Below are positions 1-9,143 of a DNA stretch of 64,000 nt, piece after piece. The notes beneath the pieces are model-generated. The model saw only the letters and a list, made by a program, of their open reading frames with translations, was not told the origin of the DNA and made no database searches. Position numbers and translations under genes: made by a program. Every line of letters starts with the position of its first letter. Position 1 is the first letter of the stretch. Origin of the DNA: Bacteroidia bacterium (GTDB lineage: Bacteria > Bacteroidota > Bacteroidia > NS11-12g > UBA955); contig JBIPNH010000003.1 of assembly GCA_044373665.1 (NCBI GenBank), positions 2,196 through 66,195 on the forward strand. The letters are read 5' to 3'.

Positions 1-187
1 TACTCATGATTCTACCCGCCATACTTACCTCTTGAAAATTATTTTCTTCGGCATTAAAACCATCCAAAATTTCTTGAGAATAAGCATTAATGTCCCACAA
101 TTCAGCTGGATAAGGGTTGATTCCTAATTGAAAAAGTTGGTCTAACTTTTGTCTTCTTTGTATTTGTAGTTCGTTTAACTCTGACAT
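1..187 (-). CDS. lysS: lysine--tRNA ligase, N-terminal fragment (gene runs off the window start)
   Basis: Reverse-strand ATG at 185-187. My translation, MSELNELQIQRRQKLDQLFQLGINPYPAELWD...EVSMAGRIMS, fits the conserved class II LysRS N-terminus (GINPYP, AGRIM). It is absent from the ORF track because the window edge truncates it. Confidence 0.7.
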   Translation of the reverse strand, partial: MSELNELQIQRRQKLDQLFQLGINPYPAELWDINAYSQEILDGFNAEENNFQEVSMAGRIMS

Positions 188-284
188 TTTTTTTCTTTAT
201 AATTGCTGTTTAATAACAAGTTGGCAAAAATACACTTGATTTGGGTATTTTTCATTTATAAAGCAACTAAAACACCAAATTGTT

Positions 285-292
285 TATCTTTG
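285..292 (+). promoter_or_regulatory. Bacteroidetes-type -7 promoter box (TATCTTTG = TAnnTTTG)
   Basis: Matches the TAnnTTTG consensus ~28 nt upstream of the TTG start at 320. No clear -33 TTG was seen. Confidence 0.3.
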
Positions 293-319
293 TGGTAAAA
301 TCAACTAAAATAAATAAAA

Positions 320-3300
320 TTGAATCGAAATCTACAACAAATAGTTTTTGTTTTGAAACCACTCTTTATTGGTTTGATTTTATTTATTTTCAATCATTCT
401 GAAGCCCAACTTTTACTGGAAAACAAAGGCCGATTCCCCGAAAACATTACTTATACCCAACAATTCAAAAATGGAATGGCTTATTTCAATACAACAGGCT
501 ATTCTATCGTATTGAATGATGAAGTCATTAAGGACAGCCTTTGGCATCACTTACACAAATACAAAACCCTAAAACATGACTTTGTAGTTCCTGCTCACCG
601 CTATGATGTTGAATTTGTCAATGCTTTAAAACCTCAAATAATCCCTTCTTTCCCTTCTCCTACTTTATACAACTTTTACAAGGGTTCTCAACCACAGAAT
701 TGGCATACCCTACTGCGTTCCTATGGCAAATTGTATTATCAAAACATCTATCCCAATATTGACTGGGAAATTCTGTATTTACATCAAGCTAGCAAACATA
801 ATTTTATAATTAATCCATCAGGTAACCATCGAAATATCCAATTAAAATACGAATTTACCTCGGGGTTATCGCTAGAAAACGGACACTTAAAAATAAAAAC
901 CAGTGTGGGCACGCTTATTGAACACAAACCTTATGCCTACCAAATTATAGACAATGACACTGTTGTAATTCCTTGCAAGTATCAACTCAAAAAAAATAAG
1001 GATTCTTATATTGTCTCGTTTGAGATTGCTGAATACCATCAAAACCATCGCTTAATTATTGACCCAGTTTTGGTTTTTTCGACATACAGTGGCAGTCAAG
1101 GTGATAATTTCGGCTTTACATCGACTCATGATTCTAAATCTAACCTTTATGGTGCGGGCATTGTAGATGGTGGCACAGGAACAAATTCAGGCGATTTCCC
1201 TTTTACAACAGGCGCTTTTCAAACCGTTTATTCTGGCGGTCAGGGTTTAGCACCGGCCAATCTTCCTTGTGACATTGGTATCAACAAATTTGACAGTGCA
1301 GGCAACACCCAATTATATGGCACTTATTTGGGTGGCGGTAGAGACGAATTTCCTCACAGTTTGGTGGTTGACAATCAGGACAATTTAATTGTTATGGGCA
1401 CCACTTATTCCAATGATTTTCCGGTTCACGACTCGGCTTATGACAGAACTATCAATGGTCAAACTGATATTTTTGTTGTTAAGCTTAGTGAAAATGGAAG
1501 CACGATGATGGGTGGCTCGTATATTGGTGGCAGTGGTTTTGACGGCATTAATGGGAATGATTTAAGGTTCAACTATGCTGATGATTTTAGAGGTGATGTA
1601 ATTGTAGATTCTTTCAATAATATCTACGTAGCATCTTCGACTTACAGTGCTAATTTTCCTGTAAGAAATGCCATACAAAGTTCGCGTGCTTCGCTCCAAG
1701 ATGGCTGTGTTTTTAGCTTTGATCCATTGATTAGAAAATTGAGATTTAGCACTTATTTAGGCGGTAATGATGACGATGCCATGTATTCCATAAGAATGTA
1801 TGACACTTTTATTTACGTGGGTGGAGGTACTGCTAGTAATGCCATGGCGTTTCCGGTAAGCGGACACCAAAATGCCTACAATGGTGGTCGTGCGGATGGT
1901 TTTATAGCAAAAATGTCTCAAAAAGGGAAACTCATCAACAGCACTTATTTTGGAACCCCTTCATACGACCAAATCTTTTTTTTAGACATTGATGTGAATG
2001 GGCAAGTGTATGCCGCAGGTCAAACAGATGGAGATATAAACCGAACCCCTAACACTTATGGTTCTGACAAAAAAAGTCAATTTGTAGTTAGATATTCTCC
2101 CAACATTGCTGTTATTAATTTGGCAACTACATTTGGCAACAGGAATAATAATCCCGAACTTTCTCCTTCTGCATTTTTGGTAGACCGATGTGACAATATT
2201 TACTTTTCGGGTTGGGGTAGCCCAATAGACTATGACGGTTTGCACTCTCTAACAACCTTTGGTTTACCCATTTCAGCCAATGCCATACAACCCACTACAG
2301 ATAATAAAGATTTTTATTTATTGGTTTTAAACAAAAATGCCTCCAATTTACTCTATGCCACCTATTATGGGGGTGACAAAACAGATGACCATGTGGATGG
2401 CGGCACTTCGAGATTTGACAAAAGAGGAGTTGTATACCAATCGGTTTGTGCCAGTTGTCCTGATGTGGGAGGCAATCAAGATTTTCCTGTTACCTCTAAT
2501 GTGCCTTTCCCTACCAATTTAAGCCCAAGGTGCAGTAATGCAACATTCAAAATAGACTTTCAAATCAACTATTCAATTGATGCTTTGTTTAGTGCAACTC
2601 CTAAAATAGGTTGTTTACCTTTACCTGTTCAGTTTACGAAAACTAGCATACAAGCACGACAATATTATTGGGACTTTGGAGATGGAAGTCCGATAGATAC
2701 AGGCAAAAACCCCATCCATATTTACACCAAACCAGGCATTTTTAAGGTAAAACTATTGGCTGTGGATTCTTTTTCATGCAATGTTTCTGAATTTGATTCT
2801 ACTTTTATCGAAGTAAAAGACGTTCCGAAACCTGCTTTTGAATTTAAAACAGAAGTTTGTAGCAATGAATTCATCTTTACTAATTTATCCGAAAACGGGA
2901 TTGACCCTGAATGGAATTTTGGCGACAGCAGTGACTTATCTTTCACCGACAATCCGAAACACATTTATACCAAAGATGGTTACTTTAAAGTATTGTTAAA
3001 AGTAACACACCCTACCTCAGGGTGTACGGATACACAAAGCACTATTATTCCGTATTTCAACGACCCTTTACAATCAATTAAGATTCCAAATGCCTTTACG
3101 CCTAACAATGACAAAAATAATGATTGTTATACCATAGGCGGTTTAAACCCAGGGTGTGATGAAGCCAAAATATGGATTTACAACCGTTGGGGTATTTTGG
3201 TATTTGAGGGCACATTACCTAATGAATGTTGGACCGGCTATTTAAACAACAGTAACGAGCCACTTACTAGTGGAATTTATTACTATATTTTAGAGTTGGA

Positions 3301-3364
3301 CAGTAAAAGAAAAGAGTTTTCTGACCGCAAAACCATCAACGGGGTTATTCACCTCATTAAGTAA
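320..3364 (+). CDS. large secreted surface protein: SBBP beta-propeller repeats + PKD domains + T9SS type B (gliding-motility-associated) C-terminal sorting domain
   Basis: N-terminal signal peptide (TTG start). Repeated G-x-D-x-x-x-x-VD...YV.G.T.S.DFP motifs. PKD-like YYWDFGDGS and EWNFGDSS segments. C-terminal IPNAFTPNNDKNNDCYTI...WNGY...SGIYYY motif, typical of the CHU_C/type B CTD. Confidence 0.8.
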   Translation: MNRNLQQIVFVLKPLFIGLILFIFNHSEAQLLLENKGRFPENITYTQQFKNGMAYFNTTGYSIVLNDEVIKDSLWHHLHKYKTLKHDFVVPAHRYDVEFVNALKPQIIPSFPSPTLYNFYKGSQPQNWHTLLRSYGKLYYQNIYPNIDWEILYLHQASKHNFIINPSGNHRNIQLKYEFTSGLSLENGHLKIKTSVGTLIEHKPYAYQIIDNDTVVIPCKYQLKKNKDSYIVSFEIAEYHQNHRLIIDPVLVFSTYSGSQGDNFGFTSTHDSKSNLYGAGIVDGGTGTNSGDFPFTTGAFQTVYSGGQGLAPANLPCDIGINKFDSAGNTQLYGTYLGGGRDEFPHSLVVDNQDNLIVMGTTYSNDFPVHDSAYDRTINGQTDIFVVKLSENGSTMMGGSYIGGSGFDGINGNDLRFNYADDFRGDVIVDSFNNIYVASSTYSANFPVRNAIQSSRASLQDGCVFSFDPLIRKLRFSTYLGGNDDDAMYSIRMYDTFIYVGGGTASNAMAFPVSGHQNAYNGGRADGFIAKMSQKGKLINSTYFGTPSYDQIFFLDIDVNGQVYAAGQTDGDINRTPNTYGSDKKSQFVVRYSPNIAVINLATTFGNRNNNPELSPSAFLVDRCDNIYFSGWGSPIDYDGLHSLTTFGLPISANAIQPTTDNKDFYLLVLNKNASNLLYATYYGGDKTDDHVDGGTSRFDKRGVVYQSVCASCPDVGGNQDFPVTSNVPFPTNLSPRCSNATFKIDFQINYSIDALFSATPKIGCLPLPVQFTKTSIQARQYYWDFGDGSPIDTGKNPIHIYTKPGIFKVKLLAVDSFSCNVSEFDSTFIEVKDVPKPAFEFKTEVCSNEFIFTNLSENGIDPEWNFGDSSDLSFTDNPKHIYTKDGYFKVLLKVTHPTSGCTDTQSTIIPYFNDPLQSIKIPNAFTPNNDKNNDCYTIGGLNPGCDEAKIWIYNRWGILVFEGTLPNECWTGYLNNSNEPLTSGIYYYILELDSKRKEFSDRKTINGVIHLIK

Positions 3365-3365
3365 A

Positions 3366-3854
3366 CTACTTGTTGAGGTAGGCAGTCAACATCCAAATGG
3401 TTTTTTCTTGAGCACGAATGTAATCACTCATTAAAGCATTAGTACCTTCGTCCTCGGCTTCCGATGCAACTGCAAGAATTTCTCTTTGAAGTTGTATTAA
3501 CTTTTCAAATGAATTTAAAACAGAGCTCAATGATTCTTTTCCAACAAAACTATTGGTGTCTTCTTTGATAGAGGAATGTTTAAGAAAATCCGTAAAACTG
3601 TGAAGAGGAGTATGACCTAGAGTCAAAATTCTTTCAGCAATTTCGTCTATTTTAATTTGGAAATCGGTGTAAAATTCCTCGAACTTCAAGTGTAATTCAA
3701 AAAAATTATCCCCTTTGATATTCCAATGATAGCCACGGGTGTTCATGTAAAATACTTGGTAATTGGAAAGTAAATCGTTGAGTAATTTGCTTAGATTTTT
3801 ACTTTTGTCTTTACTTAAACCGATTCTGTTTGTTTTGACGCTTACTTTACTCAT
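3366..3854 (-). CDS. dps: Dps family DNA-protection/ferritin-like protein
   Basis: YHWNIKGDNFFELHLKFEEFY and DEIAERILTLG are classic Dps ferroxidase-site motifs. Length is 162 aa. Confidence 0.9.
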   Translation of the reverse strand: MSKVSVKTNRIGLSKDKSKNLSKLLNDLLSNYQVFYMNTRGYHWNIKGDNFFELHLKFEEFYTDFQIKIDEIAERILTLGHTPLHSFTDFLKHSSIKEDTNSFVGKESLSSVLNSFEKLIQLQREILAVASEAEDEGTNALMSDYIRAQEKTIWMLTAYLNK

Positions 3855-3910
3855 AACATTTATTTTTTACAAAGATAAGATTATCAAACCGATATGCGTT
3901 CTATATAAAA

Positions 3911-3925
3911 TTATAATAATATCAA
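3911..3925. promoter_or_regulatory. possible PerR/Fur-type box upstream of dps
   Basis: TTATAATAATATCAA resembles the TTATAATnATTATAA Per/Fur consensus (left half perfect, right half degenerate). It lies ~57 nt upstream of the dps start. Confidence 0.2.
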
Positions 3926-4012
3926 TAAAACCAATCTGCTATTAAATAATAAACCATAAATCGTGTATTAGCAACAAATAAGACTGATTAAGGGAGATAC
4001 TTAAACCTGTGT

Positions 4013-4061
4013 TGAAATAGATTCTGAATAAATTTTGAGGACAAAATTTTCCAGAATGACT
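4013..4061. repeat. 49-bp hairpin module, copy 1
   Basis: tgaaatagattctgaataaattttgaggacaaaattttccagaatgact. The arms attctgaa-taaatttt / aaaattt-tccagaat can pair. Confidence 0.9.
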
Positions 4062-4254
4062 GTTCTCAGTTTAAATAGATGCTGAAACCTGTGCTGAACT
4101 GGATTCAGTATAAAAGTCCTTTGCAACAGCCCCATGCGCAACTTTTTCCAGCATGACTGCCCTAATGACTAACCACATTTAATTGCGTATTTCCACCCAA
4201 ACCGTCATGCTGAACTTGATTCAGCATCTTTTAGTTAGATAACGTAAATAGGCC

Positions 4255-4303
4255 TGAAATAGATTCTGAATAAATTTTGAGGACAAAATTTTCCAGAATG
4301 ACT
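4255..4303. repeat. 49-bp hairpin module, copy 2 (identical to 4013-4061)
   Basis: Identical 49-mer. A third, diverged copy (ataaattttgaagacaaaattttccagaatgac) lies at ~4483-4514. Confidence 0.9.
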
Positions 4304-4321
4304 ATACTCGGTAATCGGCAA

Positions 4322-4346
4322 ACGCCAAGCATGGCGTCTCTACCAA
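4322..4346. repeat. 25-bp module with ACGCCA/TGGCGT hairpin, copy 1
   Basis: acgccaagcatggcgtctctaccaa: 6-bp stem with a 4-nt loop. Confidence 0.9.
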
Positions 4347-4570
4347 TAACACCTCACGCTGAACGACTTGAAACAACCTCCCCTGCTGTCATGTCGACGA
4401 AGGAGACATCTTTTCCCGACAGCTTTTCTATTAGAACCAAGATACCTCCGTTGTCGGTATAACAGCCTAAAAAGAATTCAATATAAATTTTGAAGACAAA
4501 ATTTTCCAGAATGACAATACCCACTAACCTCACGCTGCACGATGTGAAAAACGTTAACCATGATTTAAAG

Positions 4571-4595
4571 ACGCCAAGCATGGCGTCTCTACCAA
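4571..4595. repeat. 25-bp module, copy 2 (identical to 4322-4346)
   Basis: Identical 25-mer. Confidence 0.9.
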
Positions 4596-4672
4596 CAACT
4601 ATTAACAACCTTTAATTCCATTAAACTCCGCTCACCCCCTAGGCTGAACCTAGACAAGGCTAATTCATAACT

Positions 4673-4707
4673 CCTAATTCCTAATTCCTAACCCCTAATT
4701 CCTATAA
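4673..4707. repeat. tandem heptamer tract (CCTAATT)n
   Basis: cctaatt cctaatt cctaacc cctaatt cctataa, five units. The tract directly abuts the stop codon of the adaptor gene at 4708. Confidence 0.8.
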
Positions 4708-5988
4708 TTATTCTTCGTTATTATACAATAACTCCCGTTCGGTTTTTTTGACTTTCATGCCATCGGTGAGTTTGAAACTAATGGCTTCGTAAGGTGCAAC
4801 AATAACTTCGTCTCCTTTTTTCAGTCCACTTATAACATGTATAAATTTGGTATCTTGAATACCTGTTTTAACGACTCTCTTTTTGGCAATTCCATTTTCA
4901 TAAACAAACACAACTTCTTCTTTTTCAGTGGCATCCCCTTTTTTCTCTTTCATTGTAATGGCGCTAACATCAATAGCTGTAACTTGTTTTTTGTACGTGG
5001 TATAAATATGAACCGTTGAGGACATTCCTGGTCGGAACAGCCATCTTCCTTTATTTTCCTCTAATAATTTTTGGTAAGATGATTCCAATATCAATACTTT
5101 CACTTCATATTTAGTAACCTGATCTGTACTCATTTGCACTCCTGTAGATTTTGAACTATTGGCAACTTGTGTTACTATTCCCTTAAACATTTTCCCAGGA
5201 AAAGCATTTACTTCCACTCCTGCACTATCTCCTACATGAATTCTAACGATATCATTTTCGTTCACTTCTACCCTTACTTCCATTCTACTTAAATTAGAAA
5301 TACGCATCATTTCTGTACCTGCCATTTGTGCAGTACCAACCACACGTTCTCCTTTTTTTGTAACCAAACCCGTAATAACACCTGATGTAGGAGCAATAAC
5401 ATTGGTTCGGTTGTAATTTTTACCTGCCTGATTTACACTTGCTTGAACAGAAGCTGTGTTGTATTGCGAGGCTAAAACCTGTTTCTCTGCCGATTCATAT
5501 TCTGCTTTGGACATTAAATACTGAGCCTCTGCGGTATTAAATTCTTGTTGACTTATTACTTTATCCTCAAATAATTTCTTTTGCATTTCATAAGTCTTTT
5601 TTTGCAATTCCAAACTGGCTCTTACTCTTGTAAGTTGCGCTTGCACATTGGCTGCATTGGCTTTAGCATTATTGAGTCCAGCATTGGCTTGTTCCAATTG
5701 TGTTTGGTAAATATCGGGGTTAATTCTTGCTAATAACTGTCCTTTTTGGACCTGTTCACCCTCTTGAATGTATAAGTCTATGATTTCTCCTGACACATCG
5801 GGACTAATTTTAACTTCATTTTCAGGATATATAGTACCACTTGCTGTTACTTCCTCCACAATATTCTGAAGACTTACTTTATCTGTCGCAATATTTAATC
5901 CTTTTTTATCTTTTTTAGCAAAAAGCACAGCTACTATTAGCACAATACTAACACTTGCTAAAACTATAATTATTTTTTTGGTTGACAT
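4708..5988 (-). CDS. efflux transporter periplasmic adaptor subunit (HlyD/MacA-like membrane fusion protein)
   Basis: N-terminal TM anchor, biotinyl-lipoyl-like GEIIDLYIQEGEQVQKGQLLARI, a long coiled-coil hairpin, and a beta-barrel C-terminus. Confidence 0.85.
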   Translation of the reverse strand: MSTKKIIIVLASVSIVLIVAVLFAKKDKKGLNIATDKVSLQNIVEEVTASGTIYPENEVKISPDVSGEIIDLYIQEGEQVQKGQLLARINPDIYQTQLEQANAGLNNAKANAANVQAQLTRVRASLELQKKTYEMQKKLFEDKVISQQEFNTAEAQYLMSKAEYESAEKQVLASQYNTASVQASVNQAGKNYNRTNVIAPTSGVITGLVTKKGERVVGTAQMAGTEMMRISNLSRMEVRVEVNENDIVRIHVGDSAGVEVNAFPGKMFKGIVTQVANSSKSTGVQMSTDQVTKYEVKVLILESSYQKLLEENKGRWLFRPGMSSTVHIYTTYKKQVTAIDVSAITMKEKKGDATEKEEVVFVYENGIAKKRVVKTGIQDTKFIHVISGLKKGDEVIVAPYEAISFKLTDGMKVKKTERELLYNNEE

Positions 5989-5995
5989 GGTTTTT

Positions 5996-7411
5996 TTATA
6001 ATGCGATTGGATTTCCTTTGTAAAATTCTATAATAAGTGCTCTAAATACCACTTCGTATTTGGCTTGTATTTCATTAGATGTTGCCATACTGTAATTGTT
6101 TTTGGCTTGTGTTAATTCAAATACATTGGTTGCCCCGGCTTCGTATCTTTTTTGAATGTAATTCAAATTATTCTGCTGAGCTTCCACACTTTTTGATGTG
6201 GCTGCATACCTTTGGGTGGCCGCTAAATAATTGTTGTAGGCTAAGTTTATCTCATTCATCAATGCATTTTCTACTCTTTTTAAATTCAATCCACTCACCT
6301 GACTGTTTATCTTCGATTTAGCAATTTGATTTTGAGCCTGAAATCCATTAAACAAGTTCCAACTTAAACTTATTCCTGCACTTTGACCGATATTGTCACG
6401 CAGTTGTTTATTAAAATCTATGGTTCTGGTTTGGAATGAATAAATTGGTTGCACCACATTTTCATTCCCATTTTGAGTGACACCAATTACTTGAGTTCCA
6501 TTGATATTTACACCTGTAATTTCTTTGGCATTCTCAGAAAAGACGGTACTAACCGACCCGTATAACGATACCGTTGGAGACCATAAACTTTGACTCACTC
6601 TTATCTGTATATCAGCCGCTTCTTTTTGCAAAACCGCCGCCCTTACTTGTGGTAATTTAGACACGGCAGCTCTGTAAATATCATCTGCGGTTCCTGTTTG
6701 TGCCATAAGTGTTTGAATATTGGCAGGCATTATTAACTCAAATGGGTCGTTAAATGGATATTGCATCAACATTTTAAGACTAAGGATAGCATTATTGTAT
6801 TGTGCATTGGCATTAATTACCGCCAATTCTTCATTGGCAAGTTGCGCTTTTTGAGTTAGCAAAACTGTTAAATCTGCCACACCTGCATCCACCATTTTTT
6901 GAGCTCTAATAATATTTTGTTGGGTTGTTTGCACTTGCATTTCTGCATTTTTAACCTGTTCTACACTTTGTATAACCAACAAATAAGCTGAAGAAACATT
7001 GATAGCAACTTGGTTCTTGGTATTTTCTATATTTTCGGCAGATGCTTTTCTTAATGTTTGCTGTTGCTTTATGTTATTGTAGTTTTGAAAACCATTAAAA
7101 ACAGTTAAACCAGCATTGATACCAATATTGTTGGAGCGCAATGTTTGGTTTATAAATGTATTCGTAAACCTGTCAATCGTTCTACCAAATTGATAATGCT
7201 GACCAGCACTTGCAGAAAGAGAAGGCAACAAACTGGTGTAACTTTGGCGTTCATCTATCTCAACACTTTTTTGACTTAAAAGTGCTTGTTGCACATCTAA
7301 GTTATTTTTCCAAGCGTAATCAATACAATCTTTCAATGAAAAAGGAGAAGATTGTGCTCTAATTGAGCTCACCATGAGTGAAAAAACACCAAATAAAACC
7401 AATTTACGCAT
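5996..7411 (-). CDS. TolC family outer-membrane efflux protein
   Basis: Internal Met MRKLVLFGVFSLMVSSIRAQ gives a proper signal peptide. The 61-codon upstream extension in the ORF track overlaps the neighbouring gene and is rejected. Two TolC-type repeat halves are present. Confidence 0.85.
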   Translation of the reverse strand: MRKLVLFGVFSLMVSSIRAQSSPFSLKDCIDYAWKNNLDVQQALLSQKSVEIDERQSYTSLLPSLSASAGQHYQFGRTIDRFTNTFINQTLRSNNIGINAGLTVFNGFQNYNNIKQQQTLRKASAENIENTKNQVAINVSSAYLLVIQSVEQVKNAEMQVQTTQQNIIRAQKMVDAGVADLTVLLTQKAQLANEELAVINANAQYNNAILSLKMLMQYPFNDPFELIMPANIQTLMAQTGTADDIYRAAVSKLPQVRAAVLQKEAADIQIRVSQSLWSPTVSLYGSVSTVFSENAKEITGVNINGTQVIGVTQNGNENVVQPIYSFQTRTIDFNKQLRDNIGQSAGISLSWNLFNGFQAQNQIAKSKINSQVSGLNLKRVENALMNEINLAYNNYLAATQRYAATSKSVEAQQNNLNYIQKRYEAGATNVFELTQAKNNYSMATSNEIQAKYEVVFRALIIEFYKGNPIAL

Positions 7412-7506
7412 CTTGTATTTTCTTTTTAAAAATTTTGTCAAAGCTAATCCGTTTATTCTTTTATCAAAATTACATTCGATTAATTTAATTGTTAAACGAC
7501 CAAAAG

Positions 7507-8979
7507 TCAATTGTCTAAAATCAAATTGCTCGTAATTTTGGCACTCAACAGACACAAAGGAATTCCTCCTCCGGGATGTACACTGCCTCCACAAAAATAC
7601 AAATCACGAATACTTCCACTGAAATTGGCATGCCTGAAAAATGCAGACATCACTGCATTACTACTACTGCCATAGAGTGCCCCTTTGTAACTCGAGGTTT
7701 TGGATTCTATTAATCTTGGGTCTAGTAATTGTTCTTCTTCTATCAATGATTCTATATCCGTTTTTAACATTTGATTGATTTTTGAAATCACCTTTTCACG
7801 AGCAGTTTTAATTAACGCATCCCAATCTTGACCTTCATTACAAGGCACATTAATCATTACAAACCAGTTTTCCGAACCCTGTGGGGCATCTTCCTGCCGA
7901 CATTTTGAACTGATGTTAATGTATATGGTCGGGTCATTGTCAATTGTTTTTTCATTGAAAAGTGTATTAAACTCCTTTTGATAGTCCTCTGTAAACAAAA
8001 TATTGTGCAATCCCAATTCTGGAAAATCCTTTTTAATTCCCCAATAAAAAATAAGGGCACTACTGCTTGATTCTACCTTATTGACTTTGTTGGGGGTTTT
8101 AATAGAAGGCATTAATTTTTTGTAAGTGGGATACACATCCATATTACTTACTGTAATATCCGCGGCAATAAACTGCCCATTCAACATTATTCCTTTACTC
8201 CTATTTCCCTCCACTACTATAGATTGAACAGCGGCATTGTATATAAACTTAACTCCTTTTCTCTCAGCCAAATCAACCAAAGATTGGGTAATACTGTGCA
8301 TCCCTTTTACAGGAAAGAAAGTACCATAACCAAATTCAAGATGAGGGATAATATTTAATGTAGCAGGCGCAACGTAAGGATTGCTGCCATTGTAGGTTGC
8401 ATAACGGTTAAAAAACTGGACCAAATACTTACTTTTGAAGATTTGTGAATTTTTAACATTCATACTCGTCAACATGTTCAAGCGCCATAAATTTAGAATG
8501 CCAATAATTCCTGTTTTACAAAAATAAGTACTGAACTTATGCAATGATTTTTCCAAAAAAACAGGTCGGGTTACATTGTACATCAACTTACTTTTATTTA
8601 AAAAACGAGTCACGGTTGCTTTGTCTTCACCAAATTTTTGATGCGCTATTTCCGTAAATGCTTCGGCGGAACTTGGTGAGTTGAACTGAGTGCCATCCGG
8701 ATAAAAATAGTGACAGGCAGTGTCCAATTTAATGTAGTTGAAATGCTGTCTTGGATTTTCTCCAAACAGCTCAAACAATTCATCGACAAACATGGGCATG
8801 GTAAACAGAGAAGGACCTGCATCAAAGCGGTAATGACCCAATTGCAGTTCCGATAATTTACCACCTGGATAGGCATTTGCCTCATATACTTCGACCTCAA
8901 AACCCTTTGCCCTAAGCCTCAATGCTGTTGCAATACCGGCAATTCCGGCACCAATGATTATGACTTTTTTTGTTTGCAT
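7507..8979 (-). CDS. phytoene desaturase-family FAD-dependent oxidoreductase (CrtI/CrtD-like)
   Basis: KKVIIIGAGIAGIATALRL...YEANAYPGGK dinucleotide-binding fold and a C-terminal GGSVHPGGGIP motif. The start was taken at MQTKK (8979); 8994 is also possible. Confidence 0.8.
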   Translation of the reverse strand: MQTKKVIIIGAGIAGIATALRLRAKGFEVEVYEANAYPGGKLSELQLGHYRFDAGPSLFTMPMFVDELFELFGENPRQHFNYIKLDTACHYFYPDGTQFNSPSSAEAFTEIAHQKFGEDKATVTRFLNKSKLMYNVTRPVFLEKSLHKFSTYFCKTGIIGILNLWRLNMLTSMNVKNSQIFKSKYLVQFFNRYATYNGSNPYVAPATLNIIPHLEFGYGTFFPVKGMHSITQSLVDLAERKGVKFIYNAAVQSIVVEGNRSKGIMLNGQFIAADITVSNMDVYPTYKKLMPSIKTPNKVNKVESSSSALIFYWGIKKDFPELGLHNILFTEDYQKEFNTLFNEKTIDNDPTIYINISSKCRQEDAPQGSENWFVMINVPCNEGQDWDALIKTAREKVISKINQMLKTDIESLIEEEQLLDPRLIESKTSSYKGALYGSSSNAVMSAFFRHANFSGSIRDLYFCGGSVHPGGGIPLCLLSAKITSNLILDN

Positions 8980-9129
8980 ATAAGTGGATAGCAAAGTAAA
9001 TGATTTATTGTTTTAATTTTTAAATTAAAGTATGTTTTTGTTTTAACACACATCACTAAAGTGTTGTTACATTTTCAATTCTTTTAAAATAAGTATTGAT
9101 TAACCTTTTTTAATCTATCTCAAATGGAT

Positions 9130-9137
9130 TAAATTTG
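9130..9137 (+). promoter_or_regulatory. -7 promoter box TAAATTTG
   Basis: TAnnTTTG match 7 nt before the ATG at 9144. This implies a very short leader, or a leaderless transcript. Confidence 0.3.
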
Positions 9138-9143
9138 CATCAA

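Larger units (their letters stand above)
4006..4707. repeat. cluster of hairpin-forming REP-like intergenic repeat modules
   Basis: A ~700-bp non-coding stretch built from recurring modules. These include a 49-bp module (x2 identical plus 1 diverged copy), a 25-bp module (x2 identical), a CCTCACGCTG.ACGA..TGAAA module (x2), GTCATGCTGAA..TTCAGCAT hairpins and a heptamer tract. ORF-track ORFs 4277..4462 and 4354..4608 are read-throughs of these repeats. Confidence 0.85.

Noticed and set aside
4277-4608. ORFs 4277..4462 (+) and 4354..4608 (-)
   Set aside because: They read through the REP-like hairpin modules (for example GRDAMLGV from the ACGCCA..TGGCGT hairpin) and overlap each other on opposite strands, so they are not credible genes.
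4673-4707. (CCTAATT)5 as a telomere-like or functional microsatellite
   Set aside because: It is only five imperfect units inside a repeat nest. It is recorded as a repeat, but no special function is claimed.
7412-7594. 61-codon N-terminal extension of the TolC ORF
   Set aside because: It overlaps the 3' end of the crtI-like gene. The internal Met at 7411 gives a canonical signal peptide (MRKLVLFGVFSLMVSSIRAQ).
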